Below are positions 59,364-64,000 of a stretch of DNA of 64,000 nt, piece by piece; positions within the stretch are counted from its first letter, which is position 1; every line of letters starts with the position of its first letter. This DNA comes from an uncultured Candidatus Saccharibacteria bacterium. GTDB taxonomy: Bacteria; Patescibacteriota; WWE3; UBA101185; UBA10185. The stretch is taken from the NCBI GenBank assembly GCA_964643995.1, contig CAZXUJ010000002.1, positions 114,125-178,124 of the forward strand, read 5' to 3'. A model generated the notes under the pieces. That model worked only from the letters and a program-made list of their open reading frames with translations, made no database searches and was not told the DNA's origin. The position numbers and the translations under genes are program-made.

Positions 59364-61619
59364 ATGCCAAGATCTTTCATGGATACAGAGATCAAATATG
59401 TTAACCATGTAATAGGGGATAAATCCCAAAACTCAAGTGCAAAAATAATAGAGATTTCAACAACTAATGCGGACAAATTGCGGGAATTTCAGAGATTACT
59501 ACCTAACTATCAGATAAAGGGTGTAAATCTAGACATAGATGAGATTCAATCATTGGATCCATATAAAGTGGTCGTTCAAAAAGCTAAGGATGCTTTTGAA
59601 AAAAACAACAATAATCCCATTTTAGTGGAAGACACCTCATTGGATATTCTTGGGTTAGGGGGGCGCCCGAGCACATTTGTGACGTTTTTTGTTTCAGATG
59701 TGGAAATTCGCAGACTTATAGCTGAAAATTGGCTAAAGAACAAAGATCGAAGAGCAGTCGCAAGAGTTATTTTAGCAATTTTTGATGGGAAAGAGGTCTT
59801 TACATTTGAGGGAAATACCTCAGGTACAATTGCAGAAACACTGAGAGGTGGTAATGGTTTTGGCTTCGATGACATATTTGTGCCCGAAAAATCTGATAAA
59901 ACGTTCGCTGAAATGTCAGATAAAGAAAAAGACATGCATTCGATGAGAAGAAAGGCAGCTGAAAAACTTATTGCTCAGAAACTAAAGCTAGGTGATTTAG
60001 TAGAGGAAATACCGGAGCCGTTTGAAAATGAGCTAAAACGAGTACGCAAGGAAAAGATAAATACTGACCCTAAAGCACTAAAATTCGCATACAATCTTGA
60101 AGCTATTCAAGGTAGCACCGTAAACGAAGCGTTCAGTGCAGATGTATACAAGCCAATTATCAAATCGAAAAACAAATACTACGATCGTTATACTTTGGAC
60201 AAAGAGTCAGCAAGTATAGGGCTTATAATAACTGATATTGATAAGGCAGGAATAAGACTGCACAGTAATGGAGAACCACGCCTTTGGCAAATGGGTCCCG
60301 AACGTAGAATGCTAGCGCTGGCTCAAAGAGCAGAATATTTTATGTGCAATGCCAGCCCAAACTTCCTCCAATATGTTAGGGGACTTGAAAAGAACAACTT
60401 CCACAAAAGAGTTAACAAGAGGAGCCCTTCTCTGGAAACAATACTAAAATATGATTTTACAGGCATTCCATTTAACACAAAGGCAATAAAGGAACTTGGG
60501 TATAAAAAACAAATTTCAGAAAAAAATTTGAGCAGACGCGCTATAGCCTCCAAAGGGCTGTTTAACAAGATTGGAAAATATCCAAGACTTATGTACGGTA
60601 TTGGCTCAATGCCTGCAGTTTCTGGATGGAGAGACGTTATTGTTACAGCAGCAATAGGGCATATGCCTGTGTTTGTTACTCGAAATAATGTTTTTGCTGG
60701 TGATACTAACTTACGGATAAATCTCATAAAACAATCTAAAGAATGTATAAGTGAACTAGGCATTAGAAAAAATTATCTTGATATAGTTGAAAGGAACATA
60801 GGTGTAGCAATCGGAACGGCTAACCCCAGGGAACAAGTAAATGAAGCGAAACGGTTTTTTAAGGAAGCAGGTGTAAGATTGTTTCGTATTTATACCATAA
60901 ACAGCGACCCTCGGTTCGTTGAAACAGCTGAACTATTGCGAAGTGAACTTGGCAACGAGATCGAAATTTTTGCCGGACAGGTAGTAAGTAAATCACAGGT
61001 TTACAAACTAAAAGATAAAGCCAATATAGACGGTGTAATGATCGGGCATGGTGGTGGGAGACAGTGTACTTCGGCAACAAATGGAATGGCGCTAACAACG
61101 GTTGAAGAAGTATATAGCTTGGTAACAGACCATAACTTCAACGACATAACTATTATGGTTGAGGGAGGGGTTGGCAGATCAGTCGGGGCGTTAGCCATAC
61201 TTGGGGTAGACGGTATCCTCTACAACCAGCAGTTTACCCGAGGTACTATTGAGACCGGAGGAATCTTTGTAAGGAACGATAACGACCAACTGGGACAACC
61301 CTATCATGGCAGTGCTAGTGCCACCACAATGATTATAGAATCAGCAAAAGATAGTCTAACGGACACAATGTTGAACTATTCAGGGAGAACTAAAGTCCCT
61401 GAGGGCAAAAAAGGTTTTACACTATACTCTGAAAAGGCAAACTCTATGGCGTTTTGGGTAGAGGAGTTTAAACATCAGTTAGCTAGAACGTATGCTGACC
61501 TAGGAGTGGAAAATGTTAGTGAGTTGAGAAAGTTTATTGCTTCTTACGACAAGGAATTACTGAGGATTGTATCCCCAGAAGCTGCAGAAACAGCTAAAGC
61601 TTACAAGAATAGGGAATAA
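59364..61619 (+). CDS. three-part fusion protein: N-terminal Ham1/RdgB (ITPase) nucleoside-triphosphate pyrophosphatase domain, a central unknown region, and a C-terminal IMPDH/GMP-reductase-family TIM barrel (no CBS pair)
   Basis: Ham1 motifs 'ISTTNADKLREF', 'VEDTSLDILGLGGRPS', 'FGFDDIFVP' and 'HSMRR'. C-terminal motifs 'IFAGQVVSKSQVYKLKDKANIDGVMIGHGGGRQCTSATNG' (catalytic-Cys loop, compare GIGPGSVCTT), 'MVEGGVGRSVGALAILGVDGIL' (compare DGGIRYSGDIVKALAAGA) and 'KVPEGKKG' (compare VPEGIEG). Confidence 0.8.
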   Translation: MPRSFMDTEIKYVNHVIGDKSQNSSAKIIEISTTNADKLREFQRLLPNYQIKGVNLDIDEIQSLDPYKVVVQKAKDAFEKNNNNPILVEDTSLDILGLGGRPSTFVTFFVSDVEIRRLIAENWLKNKDRRAVARVILAIFDGKEVFTFEGNTSGTIAETLRGGNGFGFDDIFVPEKSDKTFAEMSDKEKDMHSMRRKAAEKLIAQKLKLGDLVEEIPEPFENELKRVRKEKINTDPKALKFAYNLEAIQGSTVNEAFSADVYKPIIKSKNKYYDRYTLDKESASIGLIITDIDKAGIRLHSNGEPRLWQMGPERRMLALAQRAEYFMCNASPNFLQYVRGLEKNNFHKRVNKRSPSLETILKYDFTGIPFNTKAIKELGYKKQISEKNLSRRAIASKGLFNKIGKYPRLMYGIGSMPAVSGWRDVIVTAAIGHMPVFVTRNNVFAGDTNLRINLIKQSKECISELGIRKNYLDIVERNIGVAIGTANPREQVNEAKRFFKEAGVRLFRIYTINSDPRFVETAELLRSELGNEIEIFAGQVVSKSQVYKLKDKANIDGVMIGHGGGRQCTSATNGMALTTVEEVYSLVTDHNFNDITIMVEGGVGRSVGALAILGVDGILYNQQFTRGTIETGGIFVRNDNDQLGQPYHGSASATTMIIESAKDSLTDTMLNYSGRTKVPEGKKGFTLYSEKANSMAFWVEEFKHQLARTYADLGVENVSELRKFIASYDKELLRIVSPEAAETAKAYKNRE

Positions 61620-61723
61620 CTGTTGGTGGCGAACAATACAGAGATTTATGTATCATTCAACACCAGATAAACGCTAATAACCAATAAAACCGATGTGGCT
61701 TTTTACAACATCCACAACCATGG

Positions 61724-61993
61724 CTACATAGCGCCGCAAAATGAACTGCCCAGAGGGAGATGCATTAGGCCCACCAATAACCTCAAAAATGGCGTCAGCC
61801 AATCGTTGTAAAGCGGATTCAGTACAGCTACAGAATTTTCCATAAGTTCCTGTTGTAAGTGGGTAAACACCAGGCCACCTTTGAAAAACAAGCCCACAAT
61901 GATAACTACACAAAACACCAAAAACTTCACTACTGGATGGACTCCACTACGCACACTGCCTATCACGTTTCCACCATATATCGTTGTACTCAT
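61724..61993 (-). CDS. hypothetical small membrane protein (possibly disrupted; an overlapping minus-strand ORF sits in another frame)
   Basis: Strong RBS (aaggag, 8 nt, ATG) and one TM helix. The 61674..61913 ORF in a different frame overlaps it, which suggests a frameshift or a gene remnant. Confidence 0.3.
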   Translation of the reverse strand: MSTTIYGGNVIGSVRSGVHPVVKFLVFCVVIIVGLFFKGGLVFTHLQQELMENSVAVLNPLYNDWLTPFLRLLVGLMHLPLGSSFCGAM

Positions 61994-62089
61994 TGAATTT
62001 TCTCCTTGCTCTTACGAGCCTAGTTTAAGATAAGCACATTATAAATATCTGAACACAAAATTCAACTAGGTGGGGTAGGGGAGTAGAGC

Positions 62090-63118
62090 TTAGAGTAAAC
62101 CGGTAATGGGCGCAGTATTATCGGAATTAGTCACGTCTTTGGCTTCTGTTTCAATATCTTTATGAAATTTGGAGTGGACCTCCCGCAAACGCTCATTGGT
62201 AACATGCGTATAAATTTGCGTAGTCGAGACACTTGAGTGCCCCAGTAATTCCTGGACACTGCGAATATCCGCACCGTTAAGCAACAAATCAGTAGCAAAT
62301 GAATGCCTAAGCGTATGTGGAGTAGCATCTACGCTAATACCAGCACGTTGAGTATATTTTTTTACCATTCTTTGAACACTCCTTACGCTTAGGCGCAAAG
62401 ATTCTCCTTCTTTGTCATTATTTTCCATGAGTTTGCCAGAGTAACGTAAAAAAAGGGGGTTAAAGGGGTCTCGCCTAGTATTTAAATAGCTTTTCAGCCA
62501 GTGTATAGCTGATTTACTAAGATAAACTGTGCGTGGTTTACGACCTTTACCAATTACCGTAAATTCCCCGGATTCAAGATTAACATCATCAATATCTAAA
62601 GCAACAAGCTCACTTACACGCAAACCAGTGCTAAATAAAGTTTCAAGTATTGCTCTATCACGTATTCCAGAGCGTTTGTTAAGGTTTTGCACCTCGAATA
62701 GATTCTTTAGTTGAGCGTCATCCAAAAACTTAGGAACACTTGCCTCCTGCTTACCTAGTAATATTTGGTCTGGCGACGGTACATTTAAATTACGCTCTAC
62801 AACAAGGTACTTAAGAAAAGCCCTCACAGCAACTAAAAATATCTTTTGAGTGTTTTTTTTGTATTCTTCGTGACTCTTGGACGAAATTCGTCGGTTCAGG
62901 TAAACACGATACTTACGAATTAAGTCATGAGACAAATCATCTATTTCAATGGTTTCTTTTTTTAGATGCTCCTTGGACCACTCAAAAAAATCTTTTAAAT
63001 AAAAATCGTAATACTTGAGGGAGCTCTGCGCGAGATTCTTTTCAATTTCACAGTACTCTAAGTAGTCAGTGATGAGCTTATCTAAGTGAGCAGGCATGGG
63101 TTCATGATAGCACATCAT
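62090..63118 (-). CDS. tyrosine site-specific recombinase (XerC/XerD / phage-integrase family)
   Basis: An N-terminal SAM-like core-binding domain and the C-terminal catalytic motif 'HTLRHSFATDLLLNGADIRSVQELLGHSSVSTTQIYTHV' (R...HxxR...Y). Confidence 0.8.
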   Translation of the reverse strand: MMCYHEPMPAHLDKLITDYLEYCEIEKNLAQSSLKYYDFYLKDFFEWSKEHLKKETIEIDDLSHDLIRKYRVYLNRRISSKSHEEYKKNTQKIFLVAVRAFLKYLVVERNLNVPSPDQILLGKQEASVPKFLDDAQLKNLFEVQNLNKRSGIRDRAILETLFSTGLRVSELVALDIDDVNLESGEFTVIGKGRKPRTVYLSKSAIHWLKSYLNTRRDPFNPLFLRYSGKLMENNDKEGESLRLSVRSVQRMVKKYTQRAGISVDATPHTLRHSFATDLLLNGADIRSVQELLGHSSVSTTQIYTHVTNERLREVHSKFHKDIETEAKDVTNSDNTAPITGLL

Positions 63119-63688
63119 GAGTATGGAGTTATCTTTTTGATAAAAATCGATTGTAGGGCATTATAGAACGCGATGAGTACTTTATGTTGTCATAACAAGT
63201 TTTTGTGTGTATGTGCTAGTCATTTTAAGCTAGAGTAAGTAACATAGTGAGGTGGTAAGACGTAGAGTTGGGAATTTTACGGGAATTATAAAAGTCGGAG
63301 AAGATAAATTATTTAGGGGCATCCTGATATAAATAGAGTAGAAAAGAGCTACTAGAGTATTAAGCACACAATAGATCAACAATAAACAAAAAATTTAAAT
63401 TGTTAATTAGAATTAAATATATTAAAGAAGGGAAGTTATCATTTGGATCAATTCCGCGCGTCGTTAAATGTATGTTTAACGGCATCTAGGCTGAGCAGCC
63501 TATTGGAAGAGGGCATATGGAGGGAATAGAGTACCTAAATAAACCCTTCCGAAACAAAGCACTATAAAGCCTTAATTTCAAGTATATTTATTTGTTATTT
63601 CTGCCTATTTTCGTGATATTTTTCAGTTACATTAAATCCTATAGAAATCGAATCCGTCAAATATAGATATCCACATCAAAATAACTAG

Positions 63689-63759
63689 TATGACAAACCT
63701 ACTATGACAATCGTAATTATGACAAACGTACTATAGGTTATCATACTGCCCTATAGGTT
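63689..63759. repeat. cluster of short direct repeats (TATGACAA x3; ACTATAGGTT x2) in an AT-rich ORF-free region beside the recombinase gene
   Basis: TATGACAAAC at 63689, TATGACAATC at 63703, TATGACAAAC at 63718; CTATAGGTT at 63731 and 63751, with a palindromic CTATAG core. Confidence 0.4.
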
Positions 63760-64000
63760 GCTAACCTCCCCTGCTCCATTAATGTTAGGTAAGCATTTGA
63801 ACACTCTTGTTACCTGTTATTGCAGCAAATAATTATAGAAAAACTTTCTAGGGCCTGAACAAAATTAATAAAAATAGAAATATTAAACTTATAATTCCAT
63901 ACTCTAACAATAGCCTCAAATTGATGCGGTTTTTATAATGCCCTTGTACATACCCCAACCCAAACATTATTACTGTTGATACAAATAAGGCACGCAAAAA

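Noticed and set aside
63630-63660. 'aatcgaatccgtc' resembling a tRNA T-loop (TTCGAATCC)
   Set aside because: No flanking T-stem, acceptor stem or anticodon arm can be drawn on either strand, so it is not a tRNA.
1-64000. CRISPR arrays, rRNA, tRNA, transposases and DGR reverse transcriptase
   Set aside because: I scanned the window for evenly spaced identical repeats, rRNA- or tRNA-like structures, DDE or RT motifs and template/variable repeat pairs, and found none.

Overview
This is a compact, low-GC (about 40%) bacterial chromosome segment with almost no intergenic space and several convergent gene pairs whose ends overlap. I found no rRNA, tRNA or CRISPR arrays, and the genetic code looks standard because the ORFs are long. 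Most genes are housekeeping. Translation and RNA metabolism: trhO, truB, thrS, infC-rpmI-rplT, pheS-pheT, rsmD, rpmF, nusB, rnc, rpsP-KH-trmD, rnhB. Replication and repair: recG, gyrB, gyrA, a delta-prime-like clamp-loader subunit, and a Xer-family tyrosine recombinase. Central metabolism and stress: pyk, ppaC, a RelA-like (p)ppGpp synthetase with a dead hydrolase motif. Envelope: PBP1A, two paralogous GT-C/GT87-like membrane glycosyltransferases, an MsbA-like ABC exporter. The accessory content is dominated by a roughly 19-kb type IV pilus (T4P) locus in two all-minus-strand blocks. Block one (26.2-37.2 kb) runs from a single-TM protein and a 752-aa Cys-rich secreted adhesin-like protein, through two PilX-like proteins and seven prepilin-type pilins, to pilM-pilN-pilO. 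Block two (40.0-45.6 kb) is pilB-pilT-pilC-pilA-pilD. Between them sits a convergent pair: a PT-repeat lipoprotein and a TolB-like beta-propeller protein. Three further oddities stand out. One is a single 751-aa ORF that fuses a Ham1/ITPase domain to an IMPDH/GMP-reductase-family barrel. Another is an ACP-like gene, retained next to rnc, in which the phosphopantetheine-attachment serine is replaced. The third is a membrane-anchored orphan receiver-like protein with elevated GC. The reduced gene set, the overlaps and the T4P-centred accessory content look like a reduced-genome (CPR/Patescibacteria-like) bacterium; that is inference only. Next to the recombinase, the window ends in an AT-rich, ORF-free region that contains short direct repeats.
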